DNA from: Fonticula-like sp. SCN 57-25
Taxonomy: Eukaryota
NCBI GenBank assembly: GCA_001724245.1
Contig: MEDX01000004.1
Span: 58,683 to 78,682, forward strand
DNA: 20,000 nucleotides
Direction: 5' to 3'
The notes beneath the pieces were generated by a model. That model worked only from the letters and a program-made list of their open reading frames with translations. It was not told the origin of the DNA and ran no database searches. The position numbers and the translations under genes are program-made. Positions within the stretch are counted from its first letter, which is position 1, and each line of letters starts with the position of its first letter. This document shows, one piece after another, positions 19,377 through 20,000 of this stretch.

Positions 19377-20000
19377 TTATGACTGGAAGATGATTGTCCA
19401 GTCTGCTCCGATGGGCACATTCGGCTGCTTGATGATGACCGACGACGACCCGTCGTAGCCGTACCAGAGGTAGTTGTCCTGGATGGTGATGGCGGTGGGG
19501 CCCCACTGGACACCGGCGACCATGATGCGCTCAATCATGACATTGTACGTGTGCTGGCGGAACTCATCCGAGGGCTAGTGGGATGGGTTAGAAGGGATGA
19601 AAAGGGGTGAAAAGGGAGTGAAATGATGAAAAAGACACGAAAAAGAGGCAAAAAAGGCAAAAAAGTGACAAAAAAGAGACAAAAAAGTCACAAAATACAC
19701 ATCAAAAAACACACAAAAAAATGTCACAAACCAAAGAAAAACACACAAAAATCCCATAAAAGTACACATACACACCCACAAAATACCATAAAAGTGTACA
19801 CATAACAATGTCATAATCAAAAAGAAAGTGACAAAATTTTCATATAAGTGTCCATACACACATGATCACACACCCATAAACACCCATAAAATACCATAAA
19901 AGTACACATAATCTACCCTATATTCCCTCACTTCCCCCTCCCCCCCCTATCTCCCCCCTATCTTCTCCCCTCGTACCTCAATGACACCTGCGTCCATACA
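19377..20000 (-). CDS. 3' end of a GH31 alpha-glucosidase (glucosidase II alpha/GANAB-like); exons >20000-19977 and 19574-19377
   Basis: Reads CMDAGVIE|PSDEFRQHTYNVMIERIMVAGVQWGPTAITIQDNYLWYGYDGSSSVIIKQPNVPIGADWTIIFQS*, resembling the GANAB C-terminus (IERxxxxG...xxRKPxxxxxxDWxI). Phase-0 intron 19575..19976. Only 73 aa are visible. Confidence 0.7.

Overview
Gene-dense eukaryotic DNA with GC/CpG-rich exons, most consistent with a compact-genome unicellular opisthokont or similar protist (inferred; not identifiable to species). Manual splicing gives 11 protein-coding genes and 33 GT-AG introns: MFSD5-like transporter 3' end (+), rhodanese plus dual-specificity MAPK phosphatase (+), RNI-type LRR protein (-), TTD14-like P-loop/CYTH protein (-), IBA57 (+), VPS53 (-), MSP1/ATAD1 (+), KLHDC4/Kel3 (+), Air1/2-ZCCHC7 zinc-knuckle protein (-), ZNG1/CBWD COG0523 GTPase (+), and a GH31 glucosidase-II-alpha-like 3' end (-). 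All complete spliced models are in frame. No RNA genes, CRISPR arrays or transposons are supported. Most notable observations: (1) an LRR gene with NLR-like one-repeat-per-exon architecture (84/84/84/87-nt exons, all introns phase 2) but no NACHT domain; (2) bimodal introns, where the long repeat-filled ones start only more than 1 kb from the ATG and several have G-runs just after the donor; (3) three head-to-head gene pairs with only 63-114 bp between start codons, carrying GTCACGTGAC, CCAAT or ARE-like motifs. Gene identities come from recalled family motifs, not database searches.
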